Source: Acidimicrobiia bacterium
GTDB lineage: Bacteria > Actinomycetota > Acidimicrobiia > Spongiisociales > ZC4RG35
NCBI GenBank assembly: GCA_035512955.1
Contig: DATKCZ010000027.1
Span: forward strand, 40,949 to 104,948
DNA length: 64,000 nucleotides
Direction: 5' to 3'
The notes under the pieces are model-generated. The model saw nothing but the letters and a program-made list of their open reading frames with translations. It was not told where the DNA came from and did no database searches. Every line of letters starts with the position of its first letter. Position 1 is the first letter of the stretch. Positions 8,599 to 17,738 of this stretch are shown here, one piece after another. A program made the position numbers and the translations under genes.

Positions 8599-10224
8599 TC
8601 AGCCGCCCCTGGCCAGGGTGGGGAGCGAAGCGGTGGTCTCGGTGCCGAAGGCCATGTCGACCAGTGAGGTCACCGCGTCCGTAGTGGTGTCGAATATCAC
8701 CCTGGGATAGAACCCGATGATCACGATCAGGATGATCAGCGGAACCCACGCGGTGAGCTCGAAACGGTCGACGTCGTGGAACTCGTGGCCCTCCCATTCG
8801 GTGCTGGGCTCACCGAGGTTGACCCGCTGCAGCATCAACAGCATATAACCGGCGGTGAGCACAGTGCCGATCGCCCCGAGCACCATCGCCGTGCGAAACA
8901 CCCCCAGCGACAGTCCGTCGAGTGGGTTGTACGCCGAGACCAGCGACATGAACTCCCCCCAGAACCCGGCGAGACCGGGCAGGCCCAAGGAGGCCATGGC
9001 GGTGAAGGCGAAGATCCCGCCCATCACCGGCATCAGCTTGATGTTCCCCCCGAGACGGGCCATCTCCCTGGTGTGGTAGCGATGCGACATCGACCCGGCA
9101 AGGAAGAAGAGCAGCCCGGTGATCAGGCCATGGGCCACCATCCCGATGATGGAGGCGTTGATCCCGATGTCGGTCATGGTGGCGATGCCCAGCATCACGA
9201 ATCCCATGTGGCCTACCGAGGAGAAGGCGATGAGCCGTTTCATGTCGGTCTGGGCGAGACAGGCCAACGACCCGTAGATGATCCCGATGACGGCGAGGAT
9301 GGCGATGAACGGAGCCCAGGTGACCGCCTCCTCGGGAAGTATCGGCAGCGAGATCCTGATGAACCCGTAAGAGCCCAGCTTCAGCATGATGGCCGCCAGC
9401 AACACCGAGCCCACGGTGGGGGCGGCGGTGTGGGCGTCGGGCAGCCAGGTGTGTAGCGGCCACATCGGGACCTTGACCGCGAATCCGAGGAACATCGCCC
9501 CGAAGACGAAAAAGGCGAAATCCCCGGTGAACGCACCTTCGGCACCCAGTTGGGTGAGCTGGGGAATGTCGAATGTGTTGCCGAAGCGGGAGTCGCCCGA
9601 CTCGAAGTAGAGGGCGAGGAATCCCAACAGCATGAACGCCGAGCCGAACAAGGTGAATAGGAAGAACTTGATCGCAGCGTAGAGCCGGGTCTCGAACGGC
9701 TTCGAGAAACCGGGCACGTCCCGCGGCGTCTTGTCACCCCAGATCCCGATCATGAAGTACATCGGGAGCAGCACGATCTCGAAGAAGATGAAGAAGAGGA
9801 CCAGGTCGAGGGCGACGAAGGTGCCGTTCAGCCCGGTGGCCAGGATGAGCATGAGTATGAGGAACGCCTTGGGGTTCTTCGGCTCCTCCCAGTGGTTCCA
9901 CGAGTAGATCACCGCGAGGGTCATCACGAAGGTGGAGAGCACGAGGAGGGGGAGGCTGATCCCGTCCACCCCGACGTGGTAGTTGGCGTTGATCGCGCCG
10001 ATCCAGGTCTGGTTGACCTCGAACTGATAGGTGTTGTAGGGGCCACCGCCGAATTCGAACCCGGCGACTACCGCAACAGAGGCGGCGAACGCCAGCACGA
10101 CCACGGCCAGAGCCGTGCGCTTGAGGGCGTTCTCGTTGTCCCGGTTGATGAACCCGAGGAGTAGGGCACCCGCCACCGGCAGAAAGACGGTGATCGTCAG
10201 TCCCCAGGTCTCTAACCATTCCAT
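8599..10224 (-). CDS. nuoM: NADH-quinone oxidoreductase subunit M (operon 1)
   Basis: FFEIVLLPMYF, AVKVPMWPLHTWLPDAHTAAPT, KRLIAFSSVGHMG, PGLAGFWGEF motifs. Confidence 0.95.
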   Translation of the reverse strand: MEWLETWGLTITVFLPVAGALLLGFINRDNENALKRTALAVVVLAFAASVAVVAGFEFGGGPYNTYQFEVNQTWIGAINANYHVGVDGISLPLLVLSTFVMTLAVIYSWNHWEEPKNPKAFLILMLILATGLNGTFVALDLVLFFIFFEIVLLPMYFMIGIWGDKTPRDVPGFSKPFETRLYAAIKFFLFTLFGSAFMLLGFLALYFESGDSRFGNTFDIPQLTQLGAEGAFTGDFAFFVFGAMFLGFAVKVPMWPLHTWLPDAHTAAPTVGSVLLAAIMLKLGSYGFIRISLPILPEEAVTWAPFIAILAVIGIIYGSLACLAQTDMKRLIAFSSVGHMGFVMLGIATMTDIGINASIIGMVAHGLITGLLFFLAGSMSHRYHTREMARLGGNIKLMPVMGGIFAFTAMASLGLPGLAGFWGEFMSLVSAYNPLDGLSLGVFRTAMVLGAIGTVLTAGYMLLMLQRVNLGEPSTEWEGHEFHDVDRFELTAWVPLIILIVIIGFYPRVIFDTTTDAVTSLVDMAFGTETTASLPTLARGG

Positions 10225-10240
10225 TGCTCTCAGCCTCTCC

Positions 10241-12271
10241 TTAGATCACAAACACGAACAAGACGACGAGGATCAACGCCCCGGCCACGAAGCCCGATGC
10301 GTACTGCTGCACACGGCCGGTCTGCATCTTGCGCAGCGCCGAGCCGGCGCTGTCGGCCGCGGCCGACAGCCCGTTGAAGACACCGTCGACACCGAGCTGG
10401 TCGAGACCGTTGTAGACCAGACCCCCTAGGGCCTTGGTGAGCCCGCCTACGATGTTGACAATTCCATCGATGATGTAGTTGTTGGTCCAGTCGACGAACC
10501 TGGCGAGCGGACCGGCGGTGACCCCCACCACCCCGAGGGCGGCGTCGTCGATGTAGTAGTTGCGACGGAGCAAGGGGTAGAGAGCGGGCACCTTGAAGCG
10601 GTCGCGTTGCTCTTGGGTCTCATGGTCCTTGCCGTAGATGAGCCAGCCGACGGCGATACCGGCCAGCGCCGCCGCCAGACCGATGGCGGCGAGAGCGAAG
10701 TCGATTCCCTCGGCATGGTGGTCGCCCATCGCCACCACCCTGACCCCGAGCCACTCGGTGAAGTTGCCGATGCCGGGCCAGGAGAGCCCGGGGATGTTGA
10801 GCAGCCCGAAGAGGATCGACGGGATCGCCAGCCCGATCAACGGCCCGGTCATGATCCGGGGCGACTCGTGTGGCTCGCCATGTCCCTTGTAGGTCCCGAA
10901 GAAGGTGAGGGCGACGGCGCGGGTCATGTAGAAGGCGGTAACGAAGGCGCCGGCGATGGCAATCCACATCACCGCGTTGTATCCCTCGAAGCCGAGAGTC
11001 GCCAGGATCTCGTCCTTGGACCAGAACCCGGCCAGCGGGAAGATCCCGGCGAGGGCGAGAGACCCGACGACGAAAGTCCAGAAGGTGGTGGGCATGGGCT
11101 TGCGCAGCCCACCCATGTCACTCATGTTGTTGGAGTGGACGGCATGGATCACCGAGCCCGCCCCGAGAAAGAGAAGTGCTTTGAAGAAGGCGTGGGTGAA
11201 GAGATGGAACAGACCGGCGGTGTAGCCGCCGGCGGCCACCGCGGTCATCATGTAACCGAGCTGGGACACCGTCGAGTAGGCGAGCACTCGCTTGATGTCA
11301 TTGGCGACGAGGGCGAGCAGCCCGATGGCGAACAGGGTGATGGCGCCGATGGCCACCATCCACACCCTGGTGTCCTGGGCGAGATTCTGGAAGAGGGGGA
11401 ACACCCTGGCCATCAGGTAGACCCCCGCGGTCACCATGGTGGCGGCGTGCATCAGCGCCGACACCGGCGTGGGGCCGGCCATGGCGTCGGGGAGCCATAT
11501 GTGAAACGGGAACTGGGCGCTCTTGCCCATCGCGCCGAGGAACAGGAGCAGACCACCGGTGAAAGCCACCGCACTCAGGGCTTCGGCATGCTCGGCAGCG
11601 GCCTCGGCCAGGGTTGAGAAGTCGAAGGAGCCCAGGGTGACACCGATGATGACCGTCCCCAGGATGAGGCCGATGTCGGCCACCCGGTTGGTGAGGAAGG
11701 CCTTGTTGCCCGCCCTGACGTTGTCGAGGTCGTCCCAGTAGAACCCGATCAGGAAGTACGAGGCGAGACCGACCCCCTCCCAGCCGATGATCATCTGCAC
11801 CAGGTTGGGAGCGCCCACCAGGATGAGCATGGAACCGGCGAACAGGGAGAAGGCGGCGAAGAACCACGGCACCCGAACGTCTCCGCGCATGTAACCGAGT
11901 GCGTAGATGAACACCAGGAGGCCGACAAAGTTGACCAGGAAGAACATCATGATCGAGAGACCGTCCACCACCCATCCCAGCTCGAAGACCAGGTCGCCAC
12001 CCAGTCGGCCGACCTCGAAGGTGGTCTCGTCGAGGACACCGCCGGTCATGTTCATGACGAACAGCACGGTGGCCCATATCAGGTTGATGCCCAGTGCGGC
12101 CACCGCGATCTCGCCACCTTGGTGCTTGAGTCGCTTGCCGATGGCGAGGATGGCCAGGAAGGCGAGGAAGGGCGTCACCAGCATGATCCCGGCGGTGTCT
12201 GCCCAGAAGCCACCGGTGGCCGCGTCGATGACAGCACCTTCTTCAGCGGCGAGAACCAGCCAATTGCTCAT
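10241..12271 (-). CDS. nuoL: NADH-quinone oxidoreductase subunit L (operon 1)
   Basis: GWEGVGLASY, NRVADIG, GKSAQFPFHIWLPDAMAGPTPVSALMHAATMV, HAFFKALLFL motifs. ATG 12271 preferred (TGATG-coupled to an upstream micro-ORF); GTG 12280 is the alternative. Confidence 0.95.
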   Translation of the reverse strand: MSNWLVLAAEEGAVIDAATGGFWADTAGIMLVTPFLAFLAILAIGKRLKHQGGEIAVAALGINLIWATVLFVMNMTGGVLDETTFEVGRLGGDLVFELGWVVDGLSIMMFFLVNFVGLLVFIYALGYMRGDVRVPWFFAAFSLFAGSMLILVGAPNLVQMIIGWEGVGLASYFLIGFYWDDLDNVRAGNKAFLTNRVADIGLILGTVIIGVTLGSFDFSTLAEAAAEHAEALSAVAFTGGLLLFLGAMGKSAQFPFHIWLPDAMAGPTPVSALMHAATMVTAGVYLMARVFPLFQNLAQDTRVWMVAIGAITLFAIGLLALVANDIKRVLAYSTVSQLGYMMTAVAAGGYTAGLFHLFTHAFFKALLFLGAGSVIHAVHSNNMSDMGGLRKPMPTTFWTFVVGSLALAGIFPLAGFWSKDEILATLGFEGYNAVMWIAIAGAFVTAFYMTRAVALTFFGTYKGHGEPHESPRIMTGPLIGLAIPSILFGLLNIPGLSWPGIGNFTEWLGVRVVAMGDHHAEGIDFALAAIGLAAALAGIAVGWLIYGKDHETQEQRDRFKVPALYPLLRRNYYIDDAALGVVGVTAGPLARFVDWTNNYIIDGIVNIVGGLTKALGGLVYNGLDQLGVDGVFNGLSAAADSAGSALRKMQTGRVQQYASGFVAGALILVVLFVFVI

Positions 12272-12282
12272 CAGAGCCACTT

Positions 12283-12301
12283 TCGGCGAGGGCAGAGTCG
12301 G
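12283..12301. repeat. Truncated copy C of an interspersed hairpin repeat (nuoK-nuoL junction)
   Basis: TCGGCGAGGGCAGAGTCGG matches 13343..13361 at 18 of 19 nt. Confidence 0.7.
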
Positions 12302-12319
12302 TCGATCATCAGTCTGCTC

Positions 12320-12625
12320 CTACCACCGCATCAGGTTGAGATCGTCGACGTTTGCGGAGCGGCGGTTGCGAAAGATCATCAAGACGATTGCCAGACCGAT
12401 CCCCACCTCGGCGGCGGCGACGGTGATCACGAAGATGGCAAACACCTGCCCGACGGCCTCAGGCGTGTTCAGCATCGACTCGAAGGCGACCAGGTTGATG
12501 TTGACCGCGTTGAGCATGAGCTCGACCGACAACAGGATGAGAACGATGTTGCGGCGGACCAACAGACCGTAGACACCGAGGGCGAACAACGCCGCAGCCA
12601 GAATGAGGAACTGGTTGACGATCAC
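12320..12625 (-). CDS. nuoK: NADH-quinone oxidoreductase subunit K (operon 1)
   Basis: LLSVELMLNAVNINLVAF, VAAAEVGIGLAI motifs. Confidence 0.95.
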   Translation of the reverse strand: MIVNQFLILAAALFALGVYGLLVRRNIVLILLSVELMLNAVNINLVAFESMLNTPEAVGQVFAIFVITVAAAEVGIGLAIVLMIFRNRRSANVDDLNLMRW

Positions 12626-12683
12626 CGCGCACCTCCGGTGCTATGCGATGTGCCGGGTGCCAGGTATCGAGTGCTGCGAGCCC

Positions 12684-13235
12684 TCATACCGACGCCCTCT
12701 CCTCTTCCTCGATCGGGGTCAGGTCGCGGCGGGCGATGGTGATGCCCCCGATCAGGGCGGCGAGGAGGACGAAGGACACCACCTCGAAGGGGACCACGAA
12801 ACGGCCGAGGAGGGACTCCCCGAGCAGCTCGGTCGAAGTGGCCGAGCCGGTGGTGATCACCTGGTCGGTCCCAAACGCCTCGATCGAGCCCCAACCCATC
12901 GCTACGAACAGGGCCACAGACAACAAGGAGGGCCACGCCTTGTTGTCGGAGTCGAGACCTTCGTCGAGCCCGGTGGGGGCGCGGGTGATCATGATGCCAA
13001 AGAGGAACAGGACGATGACAGCTCCTATGTAGACCAAGACGAGGACCCAGGCGACGAACTCGGCGGAGAGAAGCAGGAACAACCCGGCGGTCCCGGCAAG
13101 GGCCCCCACCAGATAGAGGGCGGCATGCACCACGTTCTTGGCCGTCACCACCCTGAGCCCGGTGAACAGCACCACCAGGCCGATGGCGAGGAACACCCAG
13201 TTGACGGGCTGGGATATCCAGTCGGCGAACGTCAA
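12684..13235 (-). CDS. nuoJ: NADH-quinone oxidoreductase subunit J (operon 1)
   Basis: 3' part of ORF 12684..13718: NVVHAALYL, VLVYIGAVIVLFLFGIM, PFEVVSFVLLAALIGGI. TTG 13235 preceded by GGGAG. Confidence 0.92.
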   Translation of the reverse strand: MTFADWISQPVNWVFLAIGLVVLFTGLRVVTAKNVVHAALYLVGALAGTAGLFLLLSAEFVAWVLVLVYIGAVIVLFLFGIMITRAPTGLDEGLDSDNKAWPSLLSVALFVAMGWGSIEAFGTDQVITTGSATSTELLGESLLGRFVVPFEVVSFVLLAALIGGITIARRDLTPIEEEERASV

Positions 13236-13272
13236 CTCGAGACTCCCTTGCTGTGGGTGCGCAAGCAGCCGA

Positions 13273-13361
13273 CCGACCGGCGTCTGTTTGCCTGAGCCTG
13301 ATCTGAGAGGAACGAGTATGCACTCACGCCTGGATCCGAACATCGGCGAGGGCAAAGTCGG
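13273..13361. repeat. Copy A of an interspersed hairpin repeat (nuoI-nuoJ junction)
   Basis: On the minus strand CCGACTTTGCC...GGCAAACAGACGCCGGTCGG. The 19-mer (13273-13291) is identical to 14983-15001 in the opposite orientation. Confidence 0.8.
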
Positions 13362-13377
13362 TTGGCCATCAAAGCTG

Positions 13378-13875
13378 TCACTTTTCCAATGCCGGCGGCT
13401 CGGGAACGGTGGCCAGCCAATCCTGGAGACGGTCCATGTCGTGGAGCATGTCACCCATGTGGGCCTCGGAGTACTCGTACTCAGGGCTCCAGAAGAGGGC
13501 GTCGAAAGGACATACCTCGACGCAGATCCCGCAGTACATGCAAAGGGCGTAATCGATGTCGAACCGGTCCAGCTTGTTGCGCACCTTGATCCGGCCACCG
13601 GGCTTGTCGGGCGGGATCTCGTCCTTGTGGCCCTCGATGTAGATACACCAGTCGGGACAGGAGCGGGCACACAGCATGCAGACCGTGCAGGCCTCCTGGT
13701 CGAGGGCGATGACACCACGGGCCCGGGGCACCGGTGTCTCCTTCACCTTGGGGTAGTTGACGGTCGCCAGGTACTTGTGGGGCAGGAGGATGGTCTTGAA
13801 CATCGTGGAGATGGTCACCCAGAGACCCTTGAGCATCCCGGTCCCCGGGATCACCCGGTTGCGGTTCGTGGCCAT
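13378..13875 (-). CDS. nuoI: NADH-quinone oxidoreductase subunit I (operon 1)
   Basis: [12 protein letters not shown] and [12 protein letters not shown] [4Fe-4S] motifs; lies between nuoH and nuoJ. Confidence 0.93.
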   Translation of the reverse strand: MATNRNRVIPGTGMLKGLWVTISTMFKTILLPHKYLATVNYPKVKETPVPRARGVIALDQEACTVCMLCARSCPDWCIYIEGHKDEIPPDKPGGRIKVRNKLDRFDIDYALCMYCGICVEVCPFDALFWSPEYEYSEAHMGDMLHDMDRLQDWLATVPEPPALEK

Positions 13876-14885
13876 CAGAGGACCACCTTCAAAGTCGCGG
13901 TGACGGCGATGTTGAGCAGGGCGAGGGGCACCAGCCAGATCCAGGCGAGACGTTGCAGTTGGTCCTCACGGAAGCGGGGGAACGTCCAGCGGAACCAGAT
14001 CATCACGAAGACGAGCAAGAACACCTTGGCGATGAGGATGATCGGCCCGGCGAACTCGAGCACGTCTTCGGGCACCCCGGGCAGCCAGTAGCCGCCGAGG
14101 ACGAGGGTGGCGGCGATCGCCGACATGGTGAACATGTTGGCGAACTCGGCCAGGAAGAAGAAGAGGAAGCGAAAGCCGGAGTACTCGGTGAGGTAGCCCA
14201 TCACCAGCTCGGACTCGGCGATGGGCATGTCGAAAGGGATCCGGGTCAGCTCGGCCAGGGTGGCGATCATGAAGATGGCGAAACCGACGAACTGCAAGAT
14301 GATGTAGGGGTAGCCGGCGTCGATCTGCGCCTGGACGATGCCCTGCATGCTCATCGTCCCCGCCAGGATCACCGCACCCACCACCGCCAGGACCAGGGGA
14401 AGCTCGTAGGCGATCAACTGGCCGGCGGCGCGCAGCCCTCCGATCAGCGAGTACTTGTTGGCCGACGACCACCCCGCCATGAGGACACCGATGGTGCTGA
14501 GCGAGGAGATGGCCAGGGCGTAGAAGATGCCCACGTCGAGGTCGCGGAAGATCAGGTTGGGGCCGAAGGGGACCACCACCAACAGGGCGACCGTGCCCAC
14601 CAGGACCAGGATCGGGGCGCCCATGAACACCGGGCGGTCGGCGTCGTCGGGAATGATGTCCTCTTTTTGGAAGAACTTCACCCCGTCGGCGATCAACTGG
14701 GCCCATCCCCACCGTCCCCCGGCGAAGTAGGGGCCCACCCTGGCCTGCATCTTCGCCGAGAGCTTCATCTCGGCGAAGCCGATGACCATGCCGACGAGGG
14801 GGATCATCAAAGCCACGAGAAGCAGCTTCCCCCCGAGGGAGACCCAGAAGTTGGAGAAGAGTTCGACCACCCAATTAGGCATCAT
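13875..14885 (-). CDS. nuoH: NADH-quinone oxidoreductase subunit H (operon 1)
   Basis: [49 protein letters not shown] motifs. Start taken at MMPNW. Confidence 0.95.
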   Translation of the reverse strand: MMPNWVVELFSNFWVSLGGKLLLVALMIPLVGMVIGFAEMKLSAKMQARVGPYFAGGRWGWAQLIADGVKFFQKEDIIPDDADRPVFMGAPILVLVGTVALLVVVPFGPNLIFRDLDVGIFYALAISSLSTIGVLMAGWSSANKYSLIGGLRAAGQLIAYELPLVLAVVGAVILAGTMSMQGIVQAQIDAGYPYIILQFVGFAIFMIATLAELTRIPFDMPIAESELVMGYLTEYSGFRFLFFFLAEFANMFTMSAIAATLVLGGYWLPGVPEDVLEFAGPIILIAKVFLLVFVMIWFRWTFPRFREDQLQRLAWIWLVPLALLNIAVTATLKVVL

Positions 14886-14893
14886 GATGGCGC

Positions 14894-15001
14894 CCGACTT
14901 TGCTCGATTGCCCCTGGGCTGCATGCTCTGGGCGAGGCCGGGGATCCACCCTGACCACGCCGCTCCTGACGAAGTTCGTCGAGCAAACAGACGCCGGTCG
15001 G
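14894..15001. repeat. Copy B of an interspersed hairpin repeat (nuoD-nuoH junction)
   Basis: On the plus strand CCGACTTTGCTCGA...TCGAGCAAACAGACGCCGGTCGG. Terminal CCGAC/GTCGG inverted repeat. Confidence 0.8.
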
Positions 15002-15034
15002 GCGCAGCTAGCACCGCGTGTCACGGTTTCCCCT

Positions 15035-16228
15035 TCACCTATCGACATCCCCGAGCACGAAGTCGAGCGAGCCCATGATGGCGATGATGTCGGGCACCAG
15101 CACCCCCTCGAGGATCCAGGGGAGGATGGAGATGTTGGAGAAGCTCGCCGAGCGGATCTTCAGCCGATAGGGGCCGGTGGCGCCGTCGGAGACGATGTAA
15201 TAGCCCATCTCCCCCTTGGGGTTCTCCGCTCGCACGTAGGTCTCGCCCTTGGGGACCTTGATGATCTTGGGCACCTTGGCCAGGAGGTCACCCGCGGGGA
15301 TGCTGTCGATGGCCTGTTGGATGATCTTGACCGACTCCCTGATCTCGCCGAGACGGACAGACCACCGGTCCCAGCAGTCGCCGTTCTCACCGGTGACGAC
15401 ATCGAAGTCGAAACGGTCGTAAGGGAGGTAGTCCTGGGTCCTCCGAAGATCGAAAGGCACTCCCGACGCCCTCAGGTTGGGGCCCGACACCCCATAGGCG
15501 GCCGCCACCTCGGGAGGGAGCACGCCGACACCCCTGGTGCGGGCGAGGATGATCTCGTTACCCGCCACCAGGCTCTCGAGCTCGTCCACCGCGGTCATGA
15601 CCTTGTCCATGGCATCACGGGTCGCCTGGAGAAACCCTGCCGGCAGGTCCTGGGAGAGCTTGCGTGTGGCGGAGCCGGCAGCGTAGACGGGCTTGACCCC
15701 GCCGATCCGGTTGAAGTTGGGATGGAACCGGCCCCCGGTGACGCTCTCCAGCAGGTCGAGGACTCTCTCCCGCTCGCGCAAGGCGAAGAAGAGAGGTGTG
15801 GCCGCCCCCAGCTCCAACGGGTAGGAGGCGTTGAATACCAGATGTGACGCGATGCGGGCCATCTCGGTGAGGATCAGCCGGATGTACTGGGCGCGCTCGG
15901 GGACCTCGACCTCCATCAGCTTCTCGGTGGCGACGATGAACGGGATCTCGTTGGCGTAGCCCGACACCCAGTCGATGCGGTTGACGATGGTGACGATCTG
16001 GGGATATGTCCTCACCTCGGAGAGCTTCTCGTAGCCACGATGCATGTAGCCGATGACCGGCTGCACATCGAAGCAACGCTCACCGTCGACCCGGGCCACC
16101 AGTCTGAGCACGCCGTGGGTCGACGGGTGCTGCGGCCCGATGTTGAGGGTCATGTCCTCGGTCTGCAGCTCCACCGAGACCTGGGTCTCGCTGAGATGGC
16201 GGATCGTGTCGTGGTCAATCGTCGTCAT
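15035..16228 (-). CDS. nuoD: NADH-quinone oxidoreductase subunit D (operon 1)
   Basis: NIGPQHPSTHGVLRL, GYMHRGYEK, AENPKGEMG, C-terminal GDVDR. No NiFe CxxC motifs. Confidence 0.95.
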   Translation of the reverse strand: MTTIDHDTIRHLSETQVSVELQTEDMTLNIGPQHPSTHGVLRLVARVDGERCFDVQPVIGYMHRGYEKLSEVRTYPQIVTIVNRIDWVSGYANEIPFIVATEKLMEVEVPERAQYIRLILTEMARIASHLVFNASYPLELGAATPLFFALRERERVLDLLESVTGGRFHPNFNRIGGVKPVYAAGSATRKLSQDLPAGFLQATRDAMDKVMTAVDELESLVAGNEIILARTRGVGVLPPEVAAAYGVSGPNLRASGVPFDLRRTQDYLPYDRFDFDVVTGENGDCWDRWSVRLGEIRESVKIIQQAIDSIPAGDLLAKVPKIIKVPKGETYVRAENPKGEMGYYIVSDGATGPYRLKIRSASFSNISILPWILEGVLVPDIIAIMGSLDFVLGDVDR

Positions 16229-16818
16229 GACTCGGGGTTCTCGGTCGACGGCTCCTCGGCGTCCGAATGGGGCATGGCCTCGACGTCGACCGTGCCCGGC
16301 CAGGGCTTGACCTCGCGGCTGAGGAGGGGAAAGCTCTTGCGCAGCGGGTTCCCCACGAATGCGTCGGGCAGATAGAGGTGGATGAGATTGGGGTGACCCT
16401 CGAAATCGATGCCGAACATCTCAAAGGCCTCCCGCTCGTGCCAGTTGGCGCCGGCATAGACCTCGATCAGGGTCGGTGCTCTGGGGTCGTCCTTGGACAG
16501 GTCGGTGGAGAAGATGACGAGGTGGCCATCGTCGAGGTCGGAGAGGGCACTGAGAAGCTCGATACGCTCCTCGACCTGCTCCTTGAGCGGATCCCCGGCC
16601 TCAACCTCATTGGACCAGTCGATCGCCGAGAGCCACGAGAAGAACACCAGGTCGAGCTGGTCTCGGGCCACACGGTGCGCTTCGACCCAGGAGTCGACCG
16701 GGACCTTGACCTTCACCGTGTCGAACTGGATGTCGGCGGTCCCGCCTACGGCCGCGACCACCCGATCGGCCAGTTCTTGGAGTGGGTGCGCTTCGGTCTC
16801 AGACGGGCTCGAGGTCAC
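16225..16818 (-). CDS. nuoC: NADH-quinone oxidoreductase subunit C (operon 1)
   Basis: [22 protein letters not shown]...PLRKSF motif. Confidence 0.93.
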   Translation of the reverse strand: MTSSPSETEAHPLQELADRVVAAVGGTADIQFDTVKVKVPVDSWVEAHRVARDQLDLVFFSWLSAIDWSNEVEAGDPLKEQVEERIELLSALSDLDDGHLVIFSTDLSKDDPRAPTLIEVYAGANWHEREAFEMFGIDFEGHPNLIHLYLPDAFVGNPLRKSFPLLSREVKPWPGTVDVEAMPHSDAEEPSTENPES

Positions 16819-17296
16819 GCTGATTCCACTTCTCTTTCAGGTCTTCGTTCTTGATGAGCTGTTGGAGGAGCACGATGCCGTCCATCAGTGCCTCGGGACG
16901 GGGCGGGCAGCCGGGCACGTAGACGTCGACGGGGATGATCTGGTCGACCCCCTTGGTCACCGAGTACGAGTCCCAATAAGGCCCGCCACAGTTGGCACAC
17001 GAGCCCATGGAGATGACGTACTTGGGCTCCGGCATCTGGTCGTAGAGACGCTTCACGGAGGGGGCCATCTTGTCGGTGACCGTGCCGGCCACCACCATCA
17101 GGTCGGCCTGCCGGGGAGAAGCGGGGAGGGGGATGATCCCGAATCGCATGAAGTCGTAACGAGGGCCCGAGGCGGCCATCATCTCGATGGCACAGCAGGC
17201 CAACCCGAACTGAAACAGCCACAGCGAGTATTGACGGGACCAGTTGAGCAGCCAGGAGATCGGCTTGGGGGCCCCGAACTTCTGGATCAATCCCAC
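16799..17296 (-). CDS. nuoB: NADH-quinone oxidoreductase subunit B (operon 1)
   Basis: [44 protein letters not shown] 17296 overlaps the nuoA end. Confidence 0.95.
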   Translation of the reverse strand: MGLIQKFGAPKPISWLLNWSRQYSLWLFQFGLACCAIEMMAASGPRYDFMRFGIIPLPASPRQADLMVVAGTVTDKMAPSVKRLYDQMPEPKYVISMGSCANCGGPYWDSYSVTKGVDQIIPVDVYVPGCPPRPEALMDGIVLLQQLIKNEDLKEKWNQRDLEPV

Positions 17297-17652
17297 CGCA
17301 GCACTCCCTTGCGGATTGCATAGACCAGGCCGAGGAACAGGATGATGATGAACGCACCCATCTCGACCAGACCGAACACCGCCAGGGACTCGACTCGCAC
17401 CGCCCACGGGAAGATGAAGACGGCCTCGACGTCGAAGATCACGAACAGCAGGCCGAACACGTAATAGCGAACGTAGGTCTGGCTCCAGCCCGACCCCACC
17501 GGGTCGACCCCGCACTCGTAAGTCATCTGCTTGGCCCTGGTCGGCTTGACCGGCCGCAACACAGATGCGACACCCAGCATCACCAACACCAGAACGGCGC
17601 CCAGCGCGGCGAAGGCGCCAACAGTCAGGTAGCTCTCAAAGTATGGGCTCAT
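17287..17652 (-). CDS. nuoA: NADH-quinone oxidoreductase subunit A (operon 1)
   Basis: [30 protein letters not shown] motifs. Confidence 0.95.
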   Translation of the reverse strand: MSPYFESYLTVGAFAALGAVLVLVMLGVASVLRPVKPTRAKQMTYECGVDPVGSGWSQTYVRYYVFGLLFVIFDVEAVFIFPWAVRVESLAVFGLVEMGAFIIILFLGLVYAIRKGVLRWD

Positions 17653-17685
17653 GCCTCATTGTGTCTGGGGGACCGACCGCGGGCG

Positions 17686-17691
17686 AGTATA
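17686..17691 (-). promoter_or_regulatory. Putative -10 element of nuo operon 1
   Basis: TATACT on the minus strand 33 nt upstream of the nuoA ATG; GAGG SD-like sequence just before the ATG. Confidence 0.45.
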
Positions 17692-17738
17692 CGCACTGGG
17701 GCAGATACGTCGAAGTCGCCCCTTCTAGCCTGCCACCA

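Noticed and set aside
12271-12309. Frameshift or sequencing error at the nuoL start
   Set aside because: The 12-aa ORF is part of a repeat also found at 13343-13361, and NuoL from ATG 12271 is complete.
7114-17652. Operon 1 as a group 4 NiFe hydrogenase or Mrp-type complex
   Set aside because: NuoD lacks both Ni-binding CxxC motifs (NRIDW; ends GDVDR), and the A, J, K, L, M, N set is complex I-like.
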